From NCBI RefSeq assembly GCF_006345805.1, contig NC_043021.1, forward strand, positions 14,012,001 through 14,076,000: a DNA stretch of 64,000 bases. The letters run 5' to 3'. The notes below the pieces were generated by a model. The model worked only from the letters and a program-made list of their open reading frames with translations. It searched no databases and was not told the origin of the DNA. The translations under genes were made by a program, and so were the position numbers. This stretch comes from Octopus sinensis. Lineage: Eukaryota. Shown here piece by piece: positions 13,465-25,715 of the stretch; position 1 is the first letter of the stretch; each line of letters begins with the position of its first letter.

Positions 13465-14277
13465 ATTCTGTAGAGACAAAGACAAGTGGTAGTTGGATGG
13501 TGCAATATCAGGAGGATATGGTGGGTGGGGTAGGAGATCCCAGCCAAGTCATGTAACTTTGTTTGGGCAGCCAAAGACACATGTGGCCGGGCATTGTCTT
13601 GTTGGAACACTACCCCATTCCTGTTGGCAAGCTCCAGCCTCAATTCTTTGATTTTTGGGGGTTCAAATTAGCCAGCTGATGTTAGTATGCATCAGAATTG
13701 ATGGTCTGGTTTTGTGGAAGAAGTTCATAATAAATAATTCCTTTATGATCCCACCAAATACAAAGCATAGCTTTTTTTGGCATGAATATTCATTTTCGGT
13801 TGCTGTTTTGGGGGATTCTTACACAAACTACTTTTAGAGACTTCCAAGTCCTCTGCAAGTACTCTAGTTATGACATTTGAGTCTTCTTTGGTTTTTGCCT
13901 TGAAAACCTCTTCATCCAATTTTGAAAGCCTTCCACTGCAACTGTTATCTTCCAAGCTAAACTCTCTCGCTTTAAATTTTGCAAACCACCTTCGAACAGT
14001 TGATTCCCCTTCAGTATCATCACCATAAGCTGCACAAATGTTTTTGCAAGTCTTTGCAGCATTTTCTCCTTTTTTAAAAAGCGAATATAAATTTTTAGTT
14101 ATCCAGTTCAAATGTCAATAAAGGGTAACTGGAACTAATTTTAGTCAGGAATAAAGAAGAGATGCACTATCCCTTGAAGCAATGTCAAGTTTTGACTGAG
14201 TTACCTTTCAGGTGTGTTCAATGAAGCATTAAAAGATTTAGCTTAAAAATGCTCAGAACTTTCTGAACAACCTAATA
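13465..14277 (-). mobile_element. Mariner transposon, internally deleted and degenerate
   Basis: N-terminal HTH (FKKGENAAKTCKNICAAYGD..TVRRWFAKFK..SGR) plus catalytic VVFQQDNARPH; tattaggttgttcagaaag TIR at the right end, next to TA. Confidence 0.85.
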
Positions 14278-14299
14278 TATATATGTATATATATATATA

Positions 14300-14610
14300 T
14301 GTGGCTTTCAATGGTCCAGTGGTTAGGGCAGTGGACTCGTGGTCGTAGGATCGCGGTTTCGATTCCCAGACTGGGCGTTGTGAGTGTTTATTGAGCGAAA
14401 ACACCTAAAAGCTCCACGAGGCTCCGGCAGGGGGTGGTGATCCCTGCTGTACTCTTTCACTACTCTTTCTCCCACTCTTTCTTCTGTTGGCCTGCTCGCT
14501 TAGCCAGCGGGGTGGCGTCATTCAAAGGCTAAAACAATGTGAATGCATTGTGACCAGCGATGTGTAACTACATCTGATGGACTGGTTGGTCAAGTGATCA
14601 CGTGATATAT
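14300..14610 (+). mobile_element. tRNA-derived SINE family D variant
   Basis: tRNA-like head (gtggttagggcagtggactcgtggtcgtaggatcgcggtttcgattccc); related to the copies at 30140 and 36520. Confidence 0.6.
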
Positions 14611-15199
14611 ATATATATATAGCCAATGAAAAATTGTATAAAATTAACCGCATACCGAATAGTTCAAAATACTTGGATAGATATATATATATGTATGTAT
14701 GATGGGCTTTTTTCAATTTCCGTCTACCAAATCTACTCACAAGGCTTTGGTTGGGCCAAGACTATAGAAGACACTTGCTCAAGGTGTCATGTAGCGGGAC
14801 TGAACCTGGAACCATGTGGTTGGGAATCAAGCTTCTTACCACACAGCCCCACACACACACACACACACAGCCACACATACATGCGTGAGTCATCTAAGAG
14901 ACCATAAGTCAGGGAGAAGATGCGCTTGTATATCTGTCAATAGAGTGGGTATATTATTCGAAATGTACAGTATTATATGTCCATCACGGCTGATCTTACC
15001 TATCAGTTTTGCACTAGGAATACAGTGGAGTGTTAGGTCACAATCTGAATATATAACCTTATTCTCGTCAGAGTTATCCGATATGGAAGGGAATATGGCG
15101 ACTGCTCTCTATTGTTGGAGGTGGATTAACACAACTGATTTGCCGTTGCTGTGAAAAAGGTAGTGAAACAAAAAAAGGGCCAGAGGATTAGGTTAGAAG

Positions 15200-15830
15200 T
15201 TATGTCCTTCGGTTGGGTACGCTGTGAAGCTGGTAAGAGTTGAAGTGTTTGTGGGGAAAGGTGTGTGTTATTAAGTGCGATGCTCCTGTGGGGATGGGGT
15301 GTGTGGTATGTGTAGTGGTGTCATGCATAATTTTTTCCAGGTGCGTAGGTATATAGTTGCATTTGTTGGTCTGTTTTCCTTCTGTATTGGTTAAGGTCAT
15401 GGGGGTCTTCTATGTTAGCATGCGGTGTGTAATGTGTGAATGGGAGGGGTTTATATGTGTGTGAAGGGATACATGTTGGGGGTGGTGGGAGACAGTCTGT
15501 TTTGTGGCGTGACCACTTTATATAGGGGTGTGCGTGTGTGTACATGCGTGTACTGCTGTGCGCTTTGGTCAAACTCTTTGCCAGGCCCAAGGGCATTGTT
15601 GGAAGGTCAAGGCTGGGGACTTGTGGTTGCAGTCATGGTGGGGTACGCAGGTACAATAGGATGTACTTCCTTTCATGTGGGCAAGGATTAAACACCTCAC
15701 TCCTGCTATTCAGGTAAATATCCAGGTGTTGAGTACCCTTTAAAATTGCTCGCTTTTCAGCCAGGCACAACCTGCACTTCCTGTTGCTATTGAAGTATGG
15801 TTTGCATTTTTCATTTTTATGAAACACTAA
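15200..15830 (-). mobile_element. Penelope-like element 3' fragment (GIY-YIG C-terminus plus tail)
   Basis: ORF 15633-15827: KCKPYFNSNRKCRLCLAEKRAIL..LNSRSEVFNPCPHERKY matches the CxLCLxEK..LNxRxE..CxH end of PLE endonucleases. Confidence 0.75.
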
Positions 15831-15960
15831 TATGAAGGGCCTTTGGGCAAATCAATAATCCATAAGAAAATGTATATTAAGTGGTGGTGACCGTCGACAG
15901 TGAGGGGTGAGCAGTACAGATTACAGGTGCAATGAGAAAGTCGAGACAGGGTCCCATTAC

Positions 15961-16097
15961 CTCAGTCATGTTGGCCACAAAGTCCTTATCTCCCATCCTG
16001 GACCTGGCAGCATAGGCAAACTTGAATGCCTCAATCATACGATGGTAGGCAGTGGCCTTGTCCTTGTTGGTGACTTTGTTTATGGTGTAGTTGTAAC
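15961..16097 (-). CDS. GGT1: GGT coding exon 7
   Basis: ttttag|(G)YNYTINKVTNKDKATAYHRMIEAFKFAYAARSRMGDKDFVANMTE|gtaatg; contains the HRxxEAFKFAY..R..GD motif; phase 1/0. Confidence 0.96.
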
Positions 16098-17348
16098 CTA
16101 AAAGAAACAAAGAAAATGTTGATGCATGTGAATTAATACACACACACACACACACACAATTGTTTTAATGTCCATTTTTCCATACTTACAAAGATCATGA
16201 ATGATTCACTGGACCAAGTTTTCTTTGACCAGGTACTCTTCCTGTTGCCAACCCTCACCTGTTACCAAGCAAGGTAATACTTTCCCCTTAACCATACATG
16301 TTTTCATAGAAGAGTGCAAACAAAGACACAGAAATACATGCCCGCCTGCCCACCCCACTCATTCACTCACTCACTCATAAGAAGGGAATTCTTTTCAGCT
16401 TCTGCCATCAAAATTTGAGAAACTGCTTGCATGAAGGTGACACTCATTTACAATTATTGCATGCTGTCATGTCAAGCCAAGAACAATACCAGATACGCAC
16501 ACGTGTGAGTGTGTGTGTCTGTGTGTAAGACATGCTTCTTTGAATCTCTACCAAGTTCTCTGACAAGGCTTCAGTTAGCCTGAGGCTATAGCAGAAAATA
16601 CTTGCTCAGAGCCATGCAGTAGGACTGAACCCAAAACCATGTGGTTGGGAAGCAAACTTCTTACCACACAGCTGCACCTACATGTGCATGAGTGTATGCA
16701 TGTAGAGATGGGGTTAGTGATAATGATGGTACAATGCCTAAAATTTTGGGGGAAGGAGCTAGTTGATTATATTGACCCCCCCCTCCAGTGCTCAACTGGC
16801 ACCTATTTTATTGGCCCCCAAAAGAATGAAAGGCAAGGTCGGTCTCAATGGAATTTGAACCTGGAATGTAAAGATGAAATGCTGCTAAGCAATTTTGCTT
16901 GGTGTGCTAATGATTCTGCCGGCTCACCATCTTAATAATGGTTATATTAATGGTTTCAAATTTTGGCACAAGGCCAGAAATTTCAGGAGATGGGGTAAGT
17001 TGGTTACATTGACTCCAATACTCAACTGGTACTTATTTTATTGACCCCAAGAGGATGAAAGTTTAAGTCAATTTTGGCAGAATAATAATGGTGATAGTAA
17101 TCCTTTCTACTATAGGCACAAGACCTGAAGTTTTATGGGCAGGAGACTAGTCGATTCCATCAACCCCAGTGTATAACTGGTACTTATTTTATCAACCCCA
17201 AAAGGATTAAAGGCCAAGTCAACCTTGGTGGAATTTGAACTCAAAGCATAATGACGGATGAAGTGCCGCTAAGCATTTTGCCCAGTGTGCTAACGATTCT
17301 GCTGGTTCACCACCTTAATAATGGTGATGATAAAGTATCATTGATGGA

Positions 17349-17549
17349 GGCGTAGGAGTGGTTGTGTGGTAAGTATCAGGTGTAGGAGTGGCTGTGTGGT
17401 AAGTAGCTTCCTTACAAACCACATGGTTCCGGGTTCAGTCCCACTGCGTGGCACCTTGGGCAAGTGTCTTCTACTATAGCTTCAGGCCAACCAAAGCCTT
17501 GTGAGTGAATTTGGTAGGTGGAGACTGAAAGAAGACTGTTGTATATATG

Positions 17550-17596
<47 letters not shown>

Positions 17597-17795
17597 CCGT
17601 GTTTGTCCCCCGTACATTGCTTGACAACCGATGCTAGTGTGTTTATGTCCCCGTAACTTAGCGGTTCAGCAAATGAGACTGATAGAATAAGTACTAGGCT
17701 TACAAAGAATAAGTCCTGGGGTCGATTTGCTCGACTAAAAGTAGTGCTCCAGCATGGCCACAGTCAAATGACTGAAACAAGTAAAAGAGTGAAAA
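17349..17795 (+). mobile_element. tRNA-derived SINE family A (most abundant), with a duplicated 5' head
   Basis: ggagtggctgtgtggtaagtagc..ggttcagtcccactgcgtggcaccttgggcaag..internal TA tract..cagtcaaatgactgaaacaagtaaaagag. Confidence 0.85.
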
Positions 17796-17895
17796 AGTAT
17801 TGCATTCACTACATTGAAATAGTCAGTCTCTCTCTCTCTCTCTCTCATTCTTTATCTATCTTTCTCTTGTCTCACCAGAAAGTCAGTCCACTTAC

Positions 17896-18045
17896 CATCG
17901 AGGATATTCAAAATATAGAGCAGTACTGGTCCACTGGACGGCAGTCGGGTGGAATAGATCGAGTGGCCACTGGAAAAAGTAAAACTGACAGCATCCTCTA
18001 CTCGGGCTTTGTAATTTTTCAAATCTTCTAATGTGATGTTGCCAC
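17896..18045 (-). CDS. GGT1: GGT coding exon 6
   Basis: aaacag|(G)GNITLEDLKNYKARVEDAVSFTFSSGHSIYSTRLPSSGPVLLYILNILD(G)|gtaagt; 150 nt, phase 1/1; not in the ORF track. Confidence 0.96.
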
Positions 18046-18129
18046 CTGTTTATAGAAAAAAGGCAAAAAAATAAATGCGAAACATAGCAGGAAAAACTTT
18101 AGGAAATATCCATGTGTGTGTGTCTGTGT

Positions 18130-18462
18130 GTGCACATGCACAGAATGGTTGGTGTTAGGAAGGGCATCCAACTGTAGAGCGACGTTGTTGCCAGTGCCGC
18201 TTGACTGGCTCCTGTGCAAGTGGTACATAAAAGGCACCATTTGAGCGTGGCCATTGCCAGTACCACCTGAGTGACCCTTGTGCCGGTAGCACGTAAAAGC
18301 ACCCACTACACTCTCGGAGTGTTTGGCATTAGGAAGGGCATCAAGCTGTAGAAACTCTGCCAGATCAAGATTGGAGCCTGGTGCAGCCATCTGGTTTGCC
18401 AGTCCTCAGTCAAACTGTCCAACCCATGCTAACATGGAAAGTGGACGTTAAATGATGACAAT
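18130..18462 (+). mobile_element. SINE family B
   Basis: Ends gtggacgttaaatgatgacaatgat. Confidence 0.75.
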
Positions 18463-18463
18463 G

Positions 18464-18496
<33 letters not shown>

Positions 18497-18550
18497 CACA
18501 CACAAAAACACATGCACATATATACATGCATACTCATACACACACATATA

Positions 18551-18618
<68 letters not shown>

Positions 18619-18685
18619 CACACACAAAAACACATGCACATATATACATGCATACTCATACACACACATATATGCATATATATAT

Positions 18686-18733
<48 letters not shown>

Positions 18734-19196
18734 CACATACACACACACCACATAGGTATATACTGTGGTGTTGTACTAAAACAACATTTTTTTAATGAGA
18801 ATAGCAGACAGGAAAGCTATTGTAGGTGCAGATGTCAAGAGGTTGTATAACACCTTAAGGCTCTGCATATTTCACACATAGAATCGAGCTGCTTGTGACG
18901 ACATACTCCCTGTTTTTATAATGTTTAACAGGTTCAGACAGGTTTTTAATTTGGTACTACAACCCTTAATAAGGTGGAAGAACAGTGGGCTGGCGGTGGT
19001 GCGAGACATGTCTACCGATCTCTCATTGTTTATTTATGAATGTGTCTGTGTGTGAGTGTGTGTATAAACACTGCAGCTGTGGGTGTGTGGTAAGAAGCTC
19101 GCCTCCCAACCACATGGTTGCAGGTTCAGTCATGCTGAATCTCCCTGAGAAACTACATTAACGGTGCATGTGCTTGTGGAGTACTCAGCCACTTGC

Positions 19197-19586
19197 CCTT
19201 TACTCTTTTACTTGTTTCAGTCATTTGACTGCGGCCATGCTGGAGCACCGCCTTTTTTTTTAATCGAGCAACTCGACCCTGGGACTTATTCTTTGTAAGC
19301 CCAGTACTTATTCTATCGGTCTCTTTTGCCGAACCGCTAAGTGACAGTGACGTAAACACACCAGCATCGGTTGTCAAGTGATGTTGGGGGGACAAACACA
19401 GACACAAACATACATGCACATACACATACATATATACGACGGGCTTCTTTCAGTTTCCATCTACCAAATCCGCTCACAAGGCTTTGGTCGGCCCAAGGCT
19501 ATTGTAGAAGACACTTGCCCAAGGTGCCACGCAGTGGGACTGAACCCGGAACCATGTGGTTGGCTTACCACACAGCCACTCCTGCA
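19197..19586 (-). mobile_element. SINE family A
   Basis: Full-length reverse complement of the 17349 copy. Confidence 0.85.
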
Positions 19587-19746
19587 CATCAATTTCACAA
19601 GCAGGCCGTTCCATTGACTGTATCAGCTTGGGCTCTTACTAACACCTTAATCTTAGTTAGGTTTATTTTGAAGCCTTTGGATTACTATAGATTCAATTGT
19701 AACAGCTCGACCATCACCATAATAAGTATAATTCAGACCAACTAAC

Positions 19747-19910
19747 CGCCGTCTTTAATGTCAGCCACTATGTCCTTCGACAATTTGCTGTCGTAGAAAG
19801 CATCCACGCCACCTTCTGCAATCTTCTCAAGTGTGTCTCCAAGTTTCGGGTTTTTTATTATCTCCCCTGCTTTGAACCAGTTATTCGTCTCGTTGTTCCA
19901 CAGAAAATTC
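19747..19910 (-). CDS. GGT1: GGT coding exon 5
   Basis: aatcag|(R)NFLWNNETNNWFKAGEIIKNPKLGDTLEKIAEGGVDAFYDSKLSKDIVADIKDG(G)|gttagt; phase 2/1. Confidence 0.95.
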
Positions 19911-20044
19911 CTGATTAAAAGATAAAAAGACATTTATATATAAAACATGCATGCTTTTGAACAAAACAGTGATGATGTTGACTTTCCTGTTGACATTATG
20001 ACCAGTTGCTCTGCACTTTCTAAGACTTTCAAACAAAAAATCCC

Positions 20045-20144
20045 TTGCGTGGCACCTTGGGCAAGTGTCTTCTACTATAGCCTCGGGCCGACCAAAGCCT
20101 TGTGAGTGGATTTGGTAGACGGAAACTGAAAGAAGCCCGTCATA

Positions 20145-20185
<41 letters not shown>

Positions 20186-20400
20186 GCGTGTTTGTGTGTC
20201 TGTGTTTGTCCCCCCAACATCGCTTGACAACCGATGCTGGTGTGTTTACGTCCCCGTAACTTAGCAGTTCGGCAAAAAAGAGACCGATGAAATAAGTACT
20301 AGGCTTACAAAGAATAAGTCCCAGGGTCGATTTGATCGACTAAAGGCGGTGCTCCAGCATGGCCACAGTCACATGACCGAAACAAGTAAAAAATAAAAAT
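20045..20400 (+). mobile_element. SINE family A, 5'-truncated
   Basis: Homologous to the 17349 copy. Confidence 0.8.
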
Positions 20401-22116
20401 AAAAAAAGTTTTTGAAAATCAGGTAAAGATTAGTGACAGGAAAAACAACCAACTCTGAAATCCTGTCACACAGACAAACATGTATGTGTATAAAGATGCA
20501 AATGCATTAATTTAGGGAATGTTCTGGAACCTTCTCTATGCTAGATCTGGAACTCACAGTGGTTTAACAACAGAGACTGATAGAATAAGGACTATGCTTA
20601 AAAAATAAGTCCTGGGGTTTGAGTTGTTTGACTAGAAAAACCTTCAAGGTGGTGCCCCAGCTTGGCCGCAACCAAATGACTGAAATAAGTAACACTCCTC
20701 CTGTTAGCAATATATAGGGTGCAACTCAGCACCGATAACCAGCTGGTGGACGATCTGCCTGGGGTTAACCTGATAGTAGAATGGAATAACCACTTTAATG
20801 TGGTGATTAACTTTACTTGTTAGTATAGTTACTACTCTGATCTCTTGAGATTTTACAACTAGCTAGAATATATATGATACAGATAAGGAACAGGATAGTT
20901 TTATACTGTTCCTGCTATTCTAGCAGCATTTCTGCATTTGAGAATAAATTATTTCCTTATCTGTATCTTACAATACATCTCAACGCTTCTAAAAGCAAAC
21001 ATTGTTTGTTTCCATTTATTGTAATTTGAATATGTAAAAAGCACCATCCGATCGTGGCCGTTGCCAGCCTGGCCTGGCCCCCGTGCTGGTGGCATGTAAA
21101 AAGCACCCACTACACTCATGGAGTGGTTGGCGTTAGGAAGGGCATCCAGCCGTAGAAACATTGCCAGATCAGACTGGGCCTGGTGCAGCCTTCTGGCTTC
21201 CCAGACCCCAGTTGAACCGTCCAACCCATGCTAGCATGGAAAGCGGACGCTAAATGATGATGATATATATATATATATATATTAATGGTTGTTTTTATAT
21301 TCAGTTATAATAAAACTAATTTTACCTTAATATGAAGGGTTACTCTATACTTTTGTAAAGTACAAATTTATTATTCTTAAACAAGGATATTATTGACAGT
21401 AACTTTGAAGTTTCAGCTAGCTAAGTTATCCTATGTATATACAATAGGCTTCTTTCAGTTTCTGCCTACCAAATTTGCTCACAAGGCTCACTTGCCTAAT
21501 GTGCCACATAGCAGAACTGAATCTGAAACCACGTGGTTGAAAAGCACACTTCTGACCACAAAGTCTTTCCTAGGAGAATAGGTTTTGCACTATAGAATTC
21601 TACATCACAGCATGATGTAAATGCAGGAATGCAACATTCCAGTAATACAGGCTGATATTGAAATATTACACATTAATTAAAAATTTAAAACATCAAACAT
21701 TTTTTTGTCTTATTTTCTTGTTTTTGTTTCTTAAAAGAAATTCATTGTAAGAGCAAGCATGGCTGTGCATCTAAGAAACTTGCCTTGCAACCACATGGTT
21801 CTGGGTTCAGTCCAACTGCATGGTACCTTCGGCAAGTGTCTTCTGCTATAGCCCCAGGTTAACCGATGCTTTGTTAGTGAATCTAGTAAATGGAAACTGT
21901 TGTGTGTGTGTGTCTCAAAGTACGTGTAAAGCTATATGTAATATGTAAAAATTTTGTTGGAAAATAGAAAATGACTTTTTCTATTTAAAAAGGGTTCTTT
22001 TGAACTCAATATTCACAGACTATTATTTGTAGTTTTATATATGTGTTTCAAGATACACTATTCTGAAAGAGAATTATTTCATGTTCTCTTGAAAATTTAT
22101 AAAATTTCAACAATAT

Positions 22117-22296
22117 ATGGTAATATGTGTGGTAAGAAGCTTGCTTCCTAACCATATGGTTCTTGTTTCAGTCCCACTGCATGGCACCTTGGGCAAGTGT
22201 CTTCTATTACAGCCTCCAGCCAACCAAAGCCTTGTGAGTGGATTTGGTAGATGGAAACTGAAAGAAGCCTGTCATGTGTATATATATATATATATA

Positions 22297-22337
<41 letters not shown>

Positions 22338-22525
22338 GTGTGTGTGCTTGTGTGTATGTTTGTCTCCTCCACCATCGCTTGACAACTGATGTTGGTGTAT
22401 TTATATCCCTGCAACTTATCAGTTTGGCAAAAGGGACTGATAGAAAAGTCCTGCAATTTCTTTGACTAAAAAGGTGGTGCTCCAGCATGGCGACAGTCAA
22501 ATGACTGAAACAAAAGAATAAAAGC
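22117..22525 (+). mobile_element. SINE family A
   Basis: Homologous to the 17349 copy. Confidence 0.8.
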
Positions 22526-22809
22526 AATATATATATATATGTATATATATATATACATATATCATCATCGTTTATATATATATATATATATAAATTTGTG
22601 TGTGTGTGGGTCTTTGTGCCAGTGTTTGTCTTCCACATCTCTTGACAACTAGCATTGGTTTGTTTATGTCCCCATAACCTGGCAATTTGTCAAAAGAGAC
22701 CAATAGAAAAAGTACCTAACTCAAAAAAATACTGCCTTCAAGGCAGTACCCCAGCATCGCCACAGTCCAAAAAATTAAAACAGTTAAAAAATAAAAGATA
22801 AAGGATTAC

Positions 22810-23002
22810 CGTAATTCTGTAAAATTCTGAAGATAGTCTTTGATTCTATTTAGGGATTTCACAGTGTCAGGAGACACTGGGTAACCTTCACGACACATTT
22901 TTATTGCAGGCTGAAACAGGACCTTCCAATCCAGTTTACCATATCGCTGGTGTGCCTCCCATAATCCACTTATTTCACCTGGTACAGCAATGGCAAGGCC
23001 AC
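22810..23002 (-). CDS. GGT1: GGT coding exon 4
   Basis: taacag|(G)GLAIAVPGEISGLWEAHQRYGKLDWKVLFQPAIKMCREGYPVSPDTVKSLNRIKDYLQNFTEL(R)|gtaatc; contains the VPGE..AH..G.L.W..LFQP motif; phase 1/2. Confidence 0.96.
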
Positions 23003-23036
23003 CTGTTAGAGACAGAAGATATGAAATTAGTCAGTT

Positions 23037-23245
23037 GTATGAGGGGTAGCAGAAAAGTTCCTGGTTTTAAGGGTGTTGCGAAAGGCCTGACTGGAGGCCT
23101 AAACTTCCAAGTTCTTTTACTGAAGGGCCACTACAATAAGTGTGTGAATCTGAGAGGGGAATGCATTGAATAAAATCATACTTAACTGATACTTCTGTAC
23201 TTTCTTTTACCAAAAGCCAAGAACTTTTCAGTTTGTGTATGTGGT

Positions 23246-23315
<70 letters not shown>

Positions 23316-23345
23316 TGTGTATATATGTGTGTGTGTGTATGATTG

Positions 23346-23376
<31 letters not shown>

Positions 23377-23560
23377 ATGTATGTATGCTTCTACACACAC
23401 ACACACAAGGGGGTGCTGAAAAGTTCCTGGCTTTAAGGGTATTATGAAAGGCCTAGTTAGAGGCCCAACATTCTGAGTTCTACAGGGCTACGGAAAACTG
23501 AAGGACCATTGTAATAAGTGGGTGAATCTGAGAGGGAAATATGTTCAATGAAATTGTATT
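23037..23560 (+). mobile_element. Two mariner-type MITE copies (~23037-23232 and ~23405-23560)
   Basis: TIR-like ends gaggggg(t)gctgaaaagttcctgg / ccaagaacttttcag; same family as 63091-63306. Confidence 0.65.
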
Positions 23561-23777
23561 AAATAAATGACAGCAAATGAGCAGGCTATCTTTAACCCTT
23601 TAATATTTAAACTGGCCATATCCAATTTAATGTTAAAATTGGCCAGATCTGACATCTGACACATACCCTATAATGCCATTCTAAAAATAAGCGACCACAT
23701 TTATTGGAATCGCAAAATTACACGATGATGAATTAATTCATTCAAAGCAATGTGGATAAATAAGCATTATACTTGAC

Positions 23778-24190
23778 AGAGGCGCAGGAGTGGCTGTGTG
23801 GTAAGTAGCTTGCTTACCAACCACATGGTTCCGGGTTCAGTCCCACTGCGTGGCATCTTGGGCAAGTGTCTTCTGCTATAGCCTCGGGCCGACCAATGCC
23901 TTGTGAGTGGATTTGGTAGACGGAAACTGAAAGAAGCCTGTCTAACATATGTATATATATATATATATGTGTGTATATGTTTGTGTGTCTGTGTTTGTCC
24001 CCCCTCCATCGCTTGAAAACCGATGCTGGTGTGTTTACGTCCCCGTCACTTAGTGGTTCGGCAAAAAGAGCCCGATAGAATAAGTACTGGGCTTACAAAG
24101 AATAAGTTCCGGCATCGATTTTCTCGACTACAGGTGGTGTTCCAGCATGGCCGCAGTCAAATGACTGAAACGAGTAAAAGAGTAAAGAGT
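23778..24190 (+). mobile_element. SINE family A
   Basis: Full length, gcaggagtggctgtgtggtaag to gtaaaagagtaaagag. Confidence 0.85.
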
Positions 24191-25061
24191 GATCTGAAAG
24201 GTAAGGGGTTGTTAGACAATTGTGATACACTACATTGACAGCCTGTTCCTTGGTCCCTTCCTGAGCAGTATCTGATCCTTACTACCATCACCATGACTAA
24301 TGCTATGATGGACCGTGAAGTCTGGCGTAGCATGGTAAATTCCATTGTCTCGACCACGGTCGAACAATGATGATGACCATGACTACTTGTTTTAGCCCTG
24401 GAGTGAAGCACACACTCATGTATGTGCATGCAGAAATATATACATACAGAGAGAGGGGGAGGGAGGGGGAGGAGAGAGAGGGAAGAGACAAATTACATAT
24501 TCAAGCTTAACTAGATGCTTACATACATTAACATAGATAGAGAGAGAGAGGGGTAAAGAGAGAGTGGGAGTGAGAGAGAGAATTTCACACAGATAACTAG
24601 ATACTCACAAGCATAGAGAGAAAGGGAGAGAAAGAGAGAGAGACATACATAAATGCAAACATAACTAGATGCTCATACACATAAACAGAGAGAGAGAGGG
24701 TGGAGGTAAAGAGAGAGAGGAGGGAAGAGAGACACATTACATACATATATAAACATAACTACATGTTTACACACATAAACACAGAGAGAGAGAGAGAGAG
24801 GAGGGAGAGACATTGCACATACATAATACAGGCATAGCTAGATGTTCACACAGAGAACGAGAGAAAGAGAGAGAAGAAGGAGACTGAAAGAGACATTGAA
24901 ATGAGAGAAAGGCTAAAAACACCACGAGCCAAATAAGTTGGTGTCGGGTAAGCCATGCCAAATAAGCAACGCCAAAATACCTCATAACCTTTGCTCAATG
25001 GTTGTAGTTGATTGTTATGTAAATATAGAAAGTCTGACTGTGCGAGCCAGTGGGTTATTAC

Positions 25062-25156
25062 CATATCGAGAAGAAGCTCCATGATCATACATATCCTCTG
25101 TAGCAAATCCTGGTGCAACCTCTCGTCCAAGTATGGATGTGAAATTCTTATCTTTC
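25062..25156 (-). CDS. GGT1: GGT coding exon 3
   Basis: gaacag|(R)KDKNFTSILGREVAPGFATEDMYDHGASSRY(G)|gtaata; contains the substrate-binding REVAP motif; phase 2/1. Confidence 0.92.
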
Positions 25157-25219
25157 CTGTTCCAGATAGATAGAGAGATATATAATAATAATAATAATGA
25201 TAATAATAATAATAATAAT

Positions 25220-25715
25220 AATTTGTCTTGGTATAAAAGATGGGCTACAGCAAATATTCTGCTCAATACCACAGATTTGGTTGTCAGTTGTTTGATCGTA
25301 ACCAGTTGACTATATCCCTTAGTGGCTGACGATATGTGCATCTCTGACCACAAGCAGAAGTAGTGGGGGAGCATCATAGTCGTGTGTTGAAAGGAATTCT
25401 TGGAGGTTTGGATAATTCACCTTTGGAAACATGGGTGGTTCATTCAACATCCTTAAACAATCCTTATTCAGGGACCTTTTGAGCAGGATGGGCTACTCGA
25501 CCAGAGGAAAATTCTAACTGGGCTCTACCTGCAAGGTCATGTGCTGTTTATCTTGATATGAGATCACCATGTCGCGCACATTTGGTTGTGATGCATGTTC
25601 CTGGTGTACCCTTATCAGACGGGTAGTCATGATGGGTATGCTGGGGTTCGTATATTTTACCCCAGTGTCACTTTGATTGCATGCACTGCTCTCATTCAAT
25701 AATAATAATAATGAT
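25220..25715. mobile_element. ~500-bp interspersed repeat family E with (TAA)n flanks; second copy at 26290-26760
   Basis: Two highly similar copies (ttgtcttggtataaaagatgggctacagcaaatattctgctc...), each next to AAT tracts. Confidence 0.75.

Noticed and set aside
18410-18795. Many [12 protein letters not shown] ORFs here and at 38.9-39.6, 43.4-43.9 and 56.5-57.2 kb
   Set aside because: Translations of TA/CA microsatellites, not genes.
20695-20945. Possible LINE RT C-terminal fragment (WLSVLS..RR)
   Set aside because: Too degenerate to call.
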